A stretch of DNA of 64,000 nt, from contig NC_086109.1 of the NCBI RefSeq assembly GCF_963921235.1, forward strand, positions 25,854,001 to 25,918,000. Reading direction: 5' to 3'. Numbering within the stretch: position 1 is the first letter of the stretch; every line of letters begins with the position of its first letter. A program made the position numbers and the translations under genes. The stretch is from Mobula hypostoma (taxonomy: Eukaryota). Positions 23,782 through 37,344 of the stretch are shown here, piece by piece. The notes beneath the pieces were generated by a model, which worked only from the letters and a program-made list of their open reading frames with translations, was not told the origin of the DNA and ran no database searches.

Positions 23782-26231
23782 TTTGCTGGTTGACATCCCA
23801 GATAGTTATATGTTTCATATTCATCAATCTGTAATATTGTACCCTGCATGCACGAAACAACGCACCCTAACACCTTCACCATTGGGGGATTTTTACCGGG
23901 CCAGTCTGAAAAAATTACTAAGCAATCACTGTCAACAGATCACTTGCAATGCCAGAGGAAACAACACACTGGATCATTGATACACCACCATCAAGAATGC
24001 CTACCGTGCAATTCCACGCCCTCTCTTCGGGAAGTCTGATCACCTGTCTGTACTTCTACTCCCTGAGTATAAGCAGAGACTGAAGACTGCAGCATCAGTA
24101 GTGAGGACCAAGAAGGAGTGCACAAAGGAAGCACAGGAGTGCTTACAGGACTGCTTTGAATCAATGGTCTGGACCGTATTCAGGGATTCATCTTTGAATC
24201 TGGATGGGTATGCTGCAGTTGTTACCTACTCCATTAAAATCTGTGTGGATGAGTGTGTGCCTACAAAGGCTTGTGGTACATTCCCAAACCAAAAGCCGTA
24301 GTGAACCAGGAGGTACGTCGTCTGCTGAAGATTAGATCTGTGGCATTCAAGGCCGGTGACCCAGGTCTGTACCAGAATACCAGGTATGTGTTGCGGAGGA
24401 CTATTTCAAGGGCAAAGAGACAATTTCGAACAAGGTCAGAGGTGATATTGGATGTACAGCAACTCTGGCAGCATTTGCAAGACATTACTTCCACAAAACG
24501 AAACCCAATAGCATGAATGGCAGCAATGCTTCACTACCAGATGAACTCAACACCTTCTATGCCCACTTTGAAAGGGAGAATACAGCTACAGCTGCGAAAA
24601 TCCCTGCTGCACCTGATGATCTTGTGATCTCTGTCTCAGAGGCCGACGTTAGGTTGTCTTGAAAGAGGGTGAACCCTTGCAAGGTGAAAGGTCCAAACAG
24701 AGTACCTGGTAAGGCTCTTAAAACTTGTACCAACCAACTGGTGGGAGAATTCAAGGGCATTTTCAACCTCTGACTGCTACAGGCGGAAATTCCCACTTGG
24801 CTTCAAAAAGGCAACAACTATACCAGTGCCTAAGAAGAATAATGTGAGCTGCCTTAATGACTATCGCCCGGTAGCATTCACATCTACAGCGATGAAATGC
24901 TTTGAGAGGTTGGTCATGACTAGACTGAACTCCTGCCTCAGCAAGGACCAAGACCCACTGCAATTTGCCTATCACCACAATAGGTCAATGGCAGATGCAA
25001 TCTCAATGTTTCATCACACAGCCTTAGACCACCCGGACAATACCATCACTTATGTCAGGATGCTGTTCATTGACTATAGCTCAGCATTTAACACCATCAT
25101 TCCCACAATCCTGATTCAGAAGTTACAGAACCTGGGCTTCTGTACTTCCCTCTACAATTGGATCCTCGACTTCCTAACCAGAAGACCACAGTCTGAGCGG
25201 ATTGGTCATAATTTCTCCTCCTCGCTGACAATCAACACTAGCGCACCTCAGGGGTGTGTGCTTAGCCCACTGCTCTACTCTCTATATACACATGACTGTG
25301 TGGCTAGGCATAGCTCAAATACCATTTATAAATTTGCTGATGATAGAACCATTGTTGGTAGAATCTCAGATGGAGATGTGAGGGCGTACAGGAGTGAGAT
25401 ATGCCAACTAGTGGAGTGGTGTCGCAGCAACAACCTGGCACTCAACATCAGTAAGACAAAACAGCTGATTGTGGACTTCAGGGAAGGTAAAACGAAGGAG
25501 CACATACCAATCCTCATAGAGGGATCAGAAGTGGAGAGAGGGAGCAGTTTCAAGTTCCTGGCTGTCAAGATCTCTGAGAAACTTACCTGGTCCCAACATA
25601 TCAATGTAGCTATAAAGAAGGCAAGACAGCGACTATACTTCATTAGGAGTTTGAAGAGATTTGGTATCTCAACAAAAACACTCAAAAACTTCTATAGATG
25701 TACCATGGAGAGCATTCTGACAAGCTACATCACTGTCTGGTATGGGAGGCTACTGCACAGGACCGAAAGAAGCTGCAGAGGGTCATAGATTTAGTTGGCT
25801 CCATCTTGGGTACTAGCCTTCAAAGTACCCAGGACATCTTCAAGGAGCAATGCCTTAGAAAGGCAGCATCCATTATTAAGGACCCCCAAGCACTCAGGGC
25901 ATGCCCTTTTCTCACTGTTACCATCAGGTAGGAGGTACATAAGCCTGAAGGCACACAGTCATCGATTCTGGAACAGCCTCTTCCCCTCTGTCATCCAATT
26001 CCTAAATGGACATTGAACCCATGAACACTACTTCACTTTTTTGATATATATTATTTCTATTTTTGCAGGATTTTTAATCTATTCAATACATATATACTGT
26101 GATTGATTGATTTATTTAGTTATTTATTTTTACTTTTTTTCTTCTACATAATATATTGCACTGAACTGCTGCTGCTAAGTTAACAAATTTCACGACACAT
26201 GCTGGTGATAATGAACCTGATTCTGATTCTG
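23782..26231 (+). mobile_element. 5'-truncated Rex1/Babar LINE (partial APE + RT)
   Basis: [36 protein letters not shown]; (TGATTC)n tail at ~26218-26231. Confidence 0.93.
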
Positions 26232-27289
26232 CTCCATTTTATAATTTACTAGCCCTATTGCACCTTTCTTTATGTTTAATGTTCTGCACTTATCCAGTAC
26301 AAAGTTCATGTTTATATCTCACAAAAAAATTGTTTTACTATTTAAACTAATTACCTTAGCTTTACTGATGAAGGAGCACATCATTTCAAATTGTTCATGT
26401 ATAGAAGGTGTGTCAAGGTATATTTTGTTTGGTTGTCTGATTTGATACCTGATTTTCATCTGATTCAGTAAATTAAGAGAGTGGATTTAAAGCTAGGTGA
26501 AACCATAGTGGGTTTGGAGAGTTGCAGTGCAAAATGCCATGGTTATTTTGATTAGGGTTTATTATTATTATATTTCAAAAACATTTTTTCTCAGCTCAAA
26601 CTGGTAAAACCTGAGGTACGGGCATAACCAAAGACGCTCATTTCTCAATTGCTAGGAACTTTCGGACTATTTTAGTAGTGCTTAGTATTGTGGTTTTCTG
26701 AAGATTTACATAGATATTGCTGTGTAGCCCAAGTTGTTTAATGCTATTACATAGTGCCTTCGGGATGATACCTGTTGTAGATATTACTATCAGGACAATG
26801 TATACCCAGTTCATCTTCCAAAGTCTTTCAATTTCCTCATTTAATTCAGCGTATTTCTGGTGTTTTTCACTTACTGATTTCTGTAAGTTATGTGTGTATG
26901 GAATGGCTATAACTATTTAATAAGTTGTTCTTGCTTGTTTATCCTGTATATCCAGACAGTTATTATGGGTTGTCCTATCTGTAATAACAGATCAGTCATA
27001 ATATATTTATTATTATTATAATTTGTTTTGCACATTGTTTTTTACCTCAGTCTTCATTTATTTTTTCATTTATTCTTTGTTCTACTGTGAACGTCTGCAA
27101 GAAGATGAATTGAAGGTCGTATATAGTGACATATACGTATTTCAATAATAAATTTACTTTGAACGTTGAAATAATTACTTTGTCAATAATATCCATGCAA
27201 GCGTGAATTAGATTTGTAAGAAAATGCTAGCAAATTTTTCATGTTGAAGAAAATGTTGGTTTATTACATATATAGAGGCATCCACACAG

Positions 27290-27465
27290 GACTTCAAGGC
27301 GAGTAGTCCCAGGTTTGAATCTGGCTGGCTCCTTGCACGCTTTCCGTCCATGCTCGGTTGAGCATTGAGCTAGCAATGTGGCCTTGTAAAAACAGACAAA
27401 AATGCTAAAGAAATGTCAAGGAATGCTGCCCGATGCGCCACAAGGCATGGAAAGAAACAACAACT
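27290..27465 (+). mobile_element. Short SINE-like element
   Basis: B-box-like GGTTTGAATC and (AAC)n tail. Confidence 0.4.
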
Positions 27466-27679
27466 GATGTATATGATAAGTATTTTGCAGGGCTCAGAAA
27501 AAGCAGTACATTGTTGGGCATCCTATTTAATTTTTCTCTCTGTTTTATCAATTGCAGTGATGGTGTAGAATGACATAAAACGGGAATGAAAACAAAAATG
27601 CTGGAAATACTCAGCAGGCAAGAATGCATCTGGGGAAATGACAGTAGAGAGATGACTAAGGAACTTAAAGAATGGTGGA

Positions 27680-27958
27680 TCAAAGTTGCTGGTGAACGCA
27701 GCCGGCCAGGCAGCTTCTCTAGGAAGAGGTACAGTCGACGTTTCGGGCCGAGACCCTTCGTCAGGACTAACTGAAGGAAGAGCTAGTAAGAGATTTGAAA
27801 GTGGGAGGGGGAGGGGGAGATCCAAAAAGCCCTGACGAAGGGTCTGGGCCTGAAACGTCGACTGTACCTCTTCCTAGAGATGCTGCCTGGTCTGCTGTGT
27901 TCACCAGCAACTTTGATGTGTGTTGCTTGAATTTCCAGCATCTGCAGAATTCCTCGTG
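27680..27958. mobile_element. Fold-back Penelope terminal-repeat insertion with two hammerhead cores
   Basis: Perfect 15-bp TSD TTAAAGAATGGTGGA 27665-27679 / 27959-27973; ~85-bp inverted arms. Confidence 0.9.
27732..27768 (-). ncRNA. Minimal type-I hammerhead ribozyme motif, intact
   Basis: Reverse complement AGUC-CUGACGA-A-GGG-ucucgg-CCC-GAAA-C-GUC-GACUG. Confidence 0.72.
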
Positions 27959-29147
27959 TTAAAGAATGGTGGAGATGGTTTGGAAGTGCTAACAATTAAA
28001 AACAAAATCCATGCAAACTAGTACAAAGTATTTAGTTCATGAGATAATTCACATTTAACTAAATTGAAAATACAGTTAAAGATTTGGGATCCACGTAAAA
28101 TTTGTTGCATAAACAAAACTCCCCAAAAGAAAGATCAGCTCTCTGTATCGTCAAAATCTGATGGGATACTGGGATCTTTTTCATAGCCAACCTCCTTTGA
28201 CCTCTTATTATCTGAACACTTTTTCAGTTACTTTTAATTCACCAGACCTTTATCCCCAGCTGGGAGCTAGTTATTTTGTGAGACTTTTGATGGCAGAGGC
28301 TGAATACTCTCCACAATGAATACCAGACAAGTGCTCTGAGCAGTCCTTTGTATGCCAGTCAGCACACAGCAAAACACCTAAAAATAGATAACATTTACAA
28401 CAATACCGAGGTATAGGTTTTGAAAGTGCCCGGCAATTGGATTTTGCTTCAATCTCTCAAAGGAGTAAAAGTCCAACAAAAAAAACTCATTGATGAATGT
28501 TTCAAATCTAATTTCAAGACAGATATTTAAAGATTTGGAAAGGAAAAGTCATATCACCTGTGGAGAATATAACTTTTAGTACTGGCTGCAGGGAGTGAAA
28601 AAAAAATGTCAGGAAGAAAGGAAGTTCAAGAGAACAGAGAAGTGAAACATTAAGATAACAGCAATTCCTTAAGGGACGGAGAGAATAGGACTGGAAGCTT
28701 ACCTGCACAATTGTTGCACTTTCAAAATTTAATACTTGATACCTTGAAGGGAAAAATTTATTAAAGAAGAAACCTTACCTGAACAGATTAATGGATAACT
28801 AATGTACTGAGAGAAAGAACTTAGCTTTGTGGGGTCAAAAGCAAGAGAGAATGCTTCAGCAGTTAGCCTATTCTTATTAACCTTTTGATTTCTTAGTACA
28901 GTCCCAGGAGAATCTGGTCAAAGATACAATACTGCAATTTGGATTGATCTCTAAATATTCTGCCCTATCAGACTTTGACTTGAAGTTTGATTTCTATGGT
29001 GTTAAAAACTTGCCATGGTTTTGAGATCAGTAGATACAGACTTAAATGATCTAAAATCTTATTTTTTATCAAAAAAAGAAAAAAAAAATCAAATAAAGAA
29101 ATATTTAATTGAAAATGTTGAACAAATGCTGAACTTACTTGCATCAT

Positions 29148-31648
29148 GTACTGGGGTGCTCTCTTCAGTTACCTGATGAGGTAACTGTAGCCTTTGACCA
29201 GGAGCAGATGTTGTCAGATGGTGCCCAACCTTCATAGAGTCTTTCGACCCTAACCACTACTGACCACTGTTGGCGGGTCAGCAGAGGTGGCCAAGTCACT
29301 GCCCATCTGCTCCTGACTTCCAGTTCAACTCCTCTCACCTGCTCCATATCCAGCAAGAGGCTCTTTCTGCTTCCTCCACCATCCTGCCAGCTGCTTGGTT
29401 TTCGCTCTTTTCATCAAGGCCCAGCAAAGACAGCAACCTCCATGCCGACCTCGCCGGGATCCTGCTGCAGCCGATCTCCAAGGGGGAATAGCCACATCTG
29501 CCATCCCTTATCCCTGTACTCCTGAATTAAGGATTGGTGCTTCAGGACCTTCCTCTTGTGAACCTGCTCACATCCTTCCTCCCACGGTACTGTGAGCTGC
29601 ACCGGGATGATTTTCTTATCTTCGGTGGGCCACAGTACCATGTCTGGTCAAAGTGTGTTTGCACCACACTTTGACCAGAACAGCACCTTCCTCCCCACAT
29701 CGACCCTCATCTCCCATGATCTGGCAGTTTGCAGCAGATTAGATTTAGGCCTCTTTGGTATGACTGGCGTGGCCTTCTCCTTGATGAAAATGACTGCCCT
29801 GTTTGCCTCTCTGCCAGCTGGTCCTTTTTACACCTCTCCTGCTCCAGTTTGTCAGCCAGGGACAGCAGGACCTTGTCATGGCACCACCTATACCATTCTT
29901 GTGTTAAAGCTGTTTTGCAGCCTGATAGTATGTGTGCCAGAGCATCCTGCTGACCACAAAGCTTGCATTTAGGGTCCTCTCTCAGCCCCCACGTATGCAG
30001 CTATGATGGTGAAGGGAGAGAGTCACACATGGACCACAGAAGAAAAGAAGTGCAGAAGGGCTCCAGTCGCCAAAGATCTGCCCAAGTGATCTTGCACTTG
30101 GGCAGATTCCATTTTGTCCAGGCGCCCTATGACCCCAACTCTACTGCCTTTGATAACCGCTTTTCATCCTCGCGGTTCCGTACCTCTGGCTGGACCACGT
30201 CACACCTATCCCTTGCACTTGCGCTCCCCCATCACTGGAAGTGTGCAGAGCCGAGGCCTTGCCATCCCAGGCATGGGTTGCCGATGATGTCTCTCAATTG
30301 CAGGGAGCTCACTACCTGCTCTATAGGCAAGCTGGTGGCCCACTTTCGGCCTGCTTTTGTTGTGACTCCTGCTTGATTTATTAACTTGTCACGGAGCCCC
30401 TCAGTGTTAACACAACTCTACACTTTGCCACCTTGAACTCCTCCACTACTGATGACAACAGGAGCTGTAGTTGGGCTGACCTTATGTAGAACCCCACTGA
30501 AGAAAAACTTGGGGTGGGGGGGGGGAATCCCCAACCACCACCATGGGTGCTTGTTGACTTTCCTCTCGATGCCTTCTACAGTGGTCATGAGGAACCCATA
30601 AATCGTGAAAAGCCAGAGCCGCCTTGGTAGAAGACCATGTTGGTACAACCATGTCTAAAGCTTACCAGGGAGTCCGGTTTTGTCGATCTTCTTCAGCTGC
30701 TCTTCGGTCTGCTTTACAGTGACAGTGCTGTTGGCACTGTCCGTCATTGCTGCATTAAACCTCTTTCCAAGACACTTTACTGGGTTGTCCTCTATGGATG
30801 GAATGACTTCTCCCTGTACTTGAAGACTGAACTTGCTAATAATCCTGCCCTTTTTGATCACGGTGCATCTAGATTTCCTGGCCTTGAAGGTCATCCTAGC
30901 CCAGGTAGCTACGTTGTCCAGGGTTACCAATACCTACCTTGCATGGACAAGGATTATAGTGGTTATTCATGAACCCCAGTATTTTAGGTTGTTGAATCCC
31001 AGGCTCCAACACTGGGCTTCGGGATACATCTACTGCTGCTGATATGAGGAGTTTCTTTCCCATGATTAACAAGATGGGGGAGGTGGTACAGCTGGTTGGA
31101 ATCCTTTTTTGGAGGTCTTGCCACTGGTTCTAAAGTGGGCTGAAGTGAAGCATAGCTCGAATCCTCCCAGCTAGCTATGATCATGTCTCGCATTACTGGC
31201 GGGATATGGTAGTGGAACAGGCCTACCTGGATGAGGATCTAACTAGATGACTGTTAGGTCACTTTTTTTCTGCCTTGCCTTGTAGATCAATTGGCTGATT
31301 ATTGAGGTGTGCTCAGGGCACCCAGAAAACGCTCAAGGCACCTTTCAGAGTGGTGTGTTGATATAGTGATTCTCCAGTAAGAGGTCAGCTTCTCGCAAGC
31401 ACCGAGAAGAATATCTTGAACTCCATGTTAAGGAAGGAGGTTGTCCTAATCTGTTTTATTGTGGAGGAATCTTGTTCCTTGGAAACAAAGCATCCTTCAG
31501 CTATTTTCCAGCTTGATCCAAATCTTCCTCATTAACTTCCACAACCTCCAGAGGAGTTTTGGACATTTCTTATATACATTGTGGGGTATACCACTTGGTC
31601 CTGGGGCAGCAGATGACTTTGCTCCCTTGATGATATCCTGGGCCATCT
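29148..31648 (-). mobile_element. Decayed HERO-type non-LTR retrotransposon (restriction-like endonuclease)
   Basis: WARMTFKARKSRC..IKKG, VKCLGK.F, GLPGK; zinc knuckle then WCHDKVL; endonuclease PDMVLW...LTVPWEE...GW. Confidence 0.82.
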
Positions 31649-31699
31649 AATTTATTTTCTGTTTCCTATACATGACAGCATTCAGCACCGAGATTATAG

Positions 31700-32200
31700 T
31701 CACAAGGATCCTTCTTTTTAATCTGCCACCTAGTTCCCAATAACCCTGTGGCAGAACTTTACTATGTCATTAGTGCCAACGTAAGTCATAGCCTCTAACT
31801 TTTTACATTCTCTCTTTAGGATGGCCTGCAACATATTGTGACCGAATGGATTTTAGCACCAGGAAGGCAACACACCATCCTACATTCACATCTTCAGCCT
31901 CAGAAACACTTATCTATTCACCTCATGATGAAGATTCCTAATCAGCGTTGCCTTTAGACTTTTATTCCTTCACTCTTGTGTACCTGGGCCACCTGTTGAT
32001 TTTGGCTCTGGCTGCACTTCCAGAGGAACATTCCCACTCATTCTTCTCTATCATGAAAAAGGTGGTTCTGAAATGAGCTGCAGTCTGAGGTTGCACTTCC
32101 TCTGTCTGTGATCAGCTCTCCCTCTCCAGCTGCTTTTCCTTAAAATGCAAGGTCGCAATCTCTAAAAATGCACATAACTCTTAGCTTCACGGATAAACTG
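31700..32200 (-). mobile_element. Very old CR1 ORF1 relic
   Basis: agcaccaggaaggcaacacaccatcc is antisense MVCCLPGA; HVGTND-like segment. Confidence 0.5.
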
Positions 32201-33269
32201 TAATAAAGATCTGTCCAATATTATGCTATAGCAAAATTGATTTTGAAAGTTATGACATAAAACTTTTTAATATCTACATTTGACTAGACTTCTAAAATTA
32301 GCTTTTAACATTGATTCAACTTGTTTTTGAAATCTTTTATTTCCTTTATGTATTCAGTAGGGATACTATCATTCTTTCTGGCATCATGTTGTCCTTTCAG
32401 CAATTTTCATTTGTGTTCTAGCTTCTGTTTGTAAGTTTTTTATTTCAGCAAACAAAAGCCTGAAGGACTAAGCTGCAATGAAATCTGCAGATGAATTTAG
32501 TTAAGTACATTTACACCAACACTGGGGAAATAAAGAAGTAATTTTCTTTATTTGAGTGGAAAGTGTATCACCAAGTAGTAGACACCTTTTAAAATAATTT
32601 TTCATCCAACATCAAATTGCTAGCTTAATCTGTTAAAATGAATGCGTCTATTGAACGGGTGCATTTTACTCCATGTGGAATATCTGATTAAGTTATAATA
32701 GGACTTTAGTATTAAGCTCACCTGAACATTTTAGGTTCATATCTACTGGGTTAGAACAATGAAATAGTAGTAAGTTAACATGCATGTCTGAAAATTCCCG
32801 AGATTGGTAAAAATGTGACAAATCAAAACTAGCACTCTGACTTAGGCAACATTGAGCCCTTTCTCATGTTCCCTCAACCTACCTTCCCCCCCCCCCCCCA
32901 CTTCCTCAGCACCTTCAGATTCCTGATTGGACAATGAACCCACAAATGCTATCTCAGTACTTTTGCTCTCTTTTTGCACTACTTTTCATATAAACCCGAT
33001 TCAGATTCTGATGATACAGGGATACACCATTAGGCAGGCCAATAAAGGCCACATGACTTAACTCACTCTTTTCATTTGTCCTAATCGGAAGTGGTCATGT
33101 TTGTCTGTCATCATTTTGACTTGACGTTTCTCTTTCTGGTACTATGAAATGGCCTGCTGGACACAGCCCAGAACCTTGCTATTAGCAACACATAATTTCC
33201 ATATTAAATCACTTGTTCTCACTCTATCAGAAACATTATGTTTTTTTTTTCTCTTCCCCAGTTCTGACA

Positions 33270-33835
33270 CTCAGTTATGTGGTAGACATATAAAACTTTG
33301 GTTTGGTCATATGTGGAGTACTGTGAGTAATTCCGATTGACCTATTGTAGGATGGATGTGGAAAATGTACAGAGTTGGTTTACCAGGATTCTCGCTGGAT
33401 TTGAGGGTATGAGCTAGATGTTGGATAAGCATCTTTTGTTTTCTCTGGAGTATTGGATGCTGAAGGGAGACCAAATGATGTTATAAAATTATGAGAAGCA
33501 TGGACAGGGTAGAGGTTCAGAATCTTTTTGTTTTCAGAGCAATGCCCATGTCAGATACTAGAGGACATGCATTTAAGGTGAGAGGGATTTTTTTTTTTTT
33601 ACACAGGGCATATTTTTATATTGATGGGTGCCTGGGATGGGCTGCTGGGTATAAGTGGTGGAAGCAGATATGATTGTGGCATTTAAGAGGCTTTTAGATA
33701 AACACCTGAATACGCAGGAAATGGAAGGATAGGTGTGATGTGCAGGCTAAAAATATTTAGTTTAATTTGGTATCATGTCTGGTACAGACATCATAGGCTG
33801 AAAGGCCCATTCCTGTGCTATACTGTTCCAAGTTC
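33270..33835 (+). mobile_element. Old CR1 3' fragment
   Basis: MRSMDRV..., TRGHAFKVRG and CR1 3' UTR. Confidence 0.7.
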
Positions 33836-34172
33836 TGTGATAACTGAAAACACTTTAATAGTTGCGGGACTTCAGTTCTGAATTTATTCTCACACTCTAT
33901 CAGGAAAGCATCTAAAAGGAATTTCTGCATTAGTATGAGTGATCCCTTGGGATGATGTGGGTGAGCATATTTTGTATGATGCCCTTTTACAATTTACTGG
34001 AATTACTGTGAGAGGTTGGAATGGAAGCTCATGCTCGATCGGGCGATTGACCTTTCTCTGTTCCTATACCTTTTGGATCTCTAATTTGCCTCTGAATCCT
34101 TATTTGTGATTTTTTTGTATCCTTGTTTGTGCTCTTAAGAATCAGGATTTCAGCACTCTCATGCAATTTCTT

Positions 34173-37100
34173 CATGGTGCAGGAGGAAGGGCTTCAGATT
34201 TATCGATAATTGGGCAGTATTCCAGGGAAGGTGGGACCTGTTCCGGTGGAACGGTTTACATCTGAACTGGAGGGGGACAAATAGTCTTGCTGGTAGGTTT
34301 ACTAGAGAGGCTCCGGTGGATTTAAACTAGATACGGGGGGGGGGTGGAGGGGAAACAGAGAGTAGGAACAGATGTAGGGGAGAAGGAAGAAAAAGAAAAT
34401 AGTAAAGTTGTTTGCACCGTTACTAATAAACAGAGAGTAGGAGGTGGAAAATTTCGTAAATGCATTTATTTTAATGCTAGGAGCATTATAAGAAAGGTGG
34501 AAGAGCTTAAAGCATGGATTGATACCTGGAAGTATGATGTGGTAGCTATTAGTGAAACATGGTTACAGGAAGGGTGTGATTGGCAACTAAATATTCCTGG
34601 ATTTCATTGCTTCAGGTGTGATAGAATCGGAGGGACAAGATGAGGAGGTGTTGCATTGCATGTCAGAGAAAATATTACAGCAGTGCTCTAGCAGGATAGA
34701 TTAGAGGGCTCGTCTAGGGAGGCTATTTGGGTGGAATTGAGGAATGGGAAAGGTGTAGTAGCACTTATAGGGGTGTATTATAGACCACCAAATGGGGAGC
34801 GAGAATTGGAGGAGCAAATTTGTAAGGAGATAGCAGATATTTGTAGTAAGCACAAGGTTGTGCTTGTGGGAGATTTTAATTTTCCACACATAGACTGGGA
34901 AGCCCATACTGTAAAAGGGCTGGATGGTTTGGAGTTTCTAAAATGTGTGCAGGGTAGTTTTTTCCAACAGTACATAGAGGTACCAACTAGAGAAGGGTCA
35001 GTGTTGGATCTCCTGTTAGGGAATGAGATAGGTCAGGTGACAGAGGTTTGTGTGGGGAGCACTTCGGGTCCAGTGATCACAATGCCATTAGTTTCAATAT
35101 AATTATGGAGAAGGATAGGTCTGGACTGAGGGTTGAGATTTTTGATTGGAGAAGGGCTAACTTTAAGGGGATGCGAAAGGATTTAGAAGGAGTGGATTGG
35201 GACAATTTGTTTTATGGGAAGGATGTAATAGAGAAATGGAAGTAATTTAAAGGTGAAATTTTGAGGGTACAGAATCTTTATGTTCCTGTTAGGTTGAAAG
35301 GAAAGGTTAAAAGTTTGAGAAAGCCATGGTTTTCAAGGGATATTGGAAACTTGGTTCGGAAAAAGAGAGATATCTACAATAAATATAGGCAGCATGGAGT
35401 AGATGAGGTGCTCAAGGAATATAAAGAATGTAAAAATAATCTTAAGAAAGAAATTAGAAAAGCTAAAAGAAGATATGAGGTTGCTTTGGCAAGTAAGGTG
35501 AAAATAAATTCAAAGGTTTTCTACAGTTATATTAATAGCAAAAGGATAGTGAGGGATAAAATTGGTCCCTTAGAGAATCAGAGTGGACAGCTATGTGTGG
35601 AGCCAAAAGAGATGGGGGAGATTCTGAACAATTTCTTTTCTTCGATGTTCACTAAGGAGAAAGATACTGAATTGTGTAAGGTAAGGGAAACAGGTAGGGA
35701 AGTTATGGAAACTATGATGATTAAAGAAGAGAAAGTACTGGCACTTTTAAGGAATATAAAAGTGAATAATTCTCCAGGTCCTGACAGGATATTCCCTAGG
35801 ACCTTGAGGGAAGTTAGTGTGGAAATAGCAAGGGCTCTGACAGAAATATTTCAAATGTCATTAGAAACGGGGATGGTGCCGGAGGATTTGCATATTGCTC
35901 TTGTTGTTCCATTGTTTAAAAAGGGTTCTAAGAGTAAACTTAGCAATTATCGGCCTGTGAGTTTGACATCAGTGGTGGGTAAATTGATGGAAAGTATTCT
36001 TAGAGATGGTATATATAGTTATCTGGATAGACAGGGTCTGATTAGGAACAGTCAACATGGATTTGTGTGTGCAAGGTCATGTTTGACAAATCTTATTGAA
36101 TTTTTTGAAAAAGTTACTAGGAAAGTTGACAAGGGTAAAGCGGTGGATGTTGTCTATATGGACTTCAGTAAGGCCCTTGACAAGGTTCCACACGGAAGGT
36201 TAGTTAGGAAGGTTCAATCATTAGGTATTAATATTGAAATAGTAAAATGGATTCAGCAGTGGCTGAATGGGAGACGTCAGAGAGTAGTGGTGGATAACTG
36301 TTTGTCAGATTGGAGGCTGGTGACTAGTGGTGTGCCTCAGGGATCTGTACTGGGTCCAATGTTGTTTGTCATATACATTAATGATCTGGATGATGGGATG
36401 GTGAATTGGATTAGTAAGTATGCAGATGATACTAAGATAGGTGGAGTTGTGGATAATGAAGCAGGTTTTCAAAACTTACAGAGAGATTTAGGCCAATTAG
36501 AAGAGTGGACTGAAAGATGGCAGATGGAGTTTAAGGCTGATAAATATGAGGTGCTTCATTTTGGTAAGACTAATCAAAATAGGACATACATGGTAAATGG
36601 TAGGGCATTGAAGAATGCAGTAGAACAGAGGGACTTAGGAATAATGGTGCATAGTTCCCTGAAGGTGGAATCTCATGTGGATAGGGTGGTGAAGAAAGCT
36701 TTTGGTATGCTGGCCTTTATAAGTCAGAGCATTGAGTAAAGGAGTTGGGATGTAATGTTGAAATTGTACAAGGCATTGGTGAGGCCAGATTTGGAGTATT
36801 GTGTACAGTTTTGGTCACCAAATTATAGGAAAGGTGTCAACAAAATAGAGAGCGTACAGAGAAGATTTACTAGAGTGTTACCTGGGTTTCATCATCAAAG
36901 TTACAGAGAAAGGTTGAACAAATTGGATCTTTATTCTTTGGAACGTAGAAGGTTGAGGGGGGACTTGATAGAGGTATTTAAAATTATGAGGGGGATAGAT
37001 AGAGTTGATGTGGATAGGCTTTTTCCATTGAGAGTGGGGGAGATTCAAACAAGAGGACACGAGTTGAGAGTTAAAGGGCAAAAGTTTAGGAGTAACATGA

Positions 37101-37344
37101 GGGGAAACTTCTTTACTCAGAGAGTGGTAGCTGTGTGGAACGAGCTTCCAGCAGAAGTGGTTAAGGCAGGTTCGATGTTGTCCTTTAAAGTTAAATTGGA
37201 TGGCTATATGGACAGGAAAGGAATGGAGGGTTATAGGCTGAGTGCAGGTCGATGGGACTAGGTGAGAGTAAGAGTTCGGCACGGACTAGAAGGGCCGAGA
37301 TGGCCTGTTTCCGTGCTGTAATTGTTGTATGGTTATATGGTTAT
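34173..37344 (+). mobile_element. Relatively young CR1 LINE, 5'-truncated in ORF1, near-complete ORF2
   Basis: ORF1 end FIDNW...GLHLN; APE NARSI, SETWL, GDFN, SDHN; 492-aa RT ORF with GVPQGSVLGP and YADD; (TATATGGT)n tail. Confidence 0.95.

Noticed and set aside
28120-28800. Protein-like unique sequence with splice-like sites on both strands
   Set aside because: No frame, strand or homology could be fixed; multiple stops.
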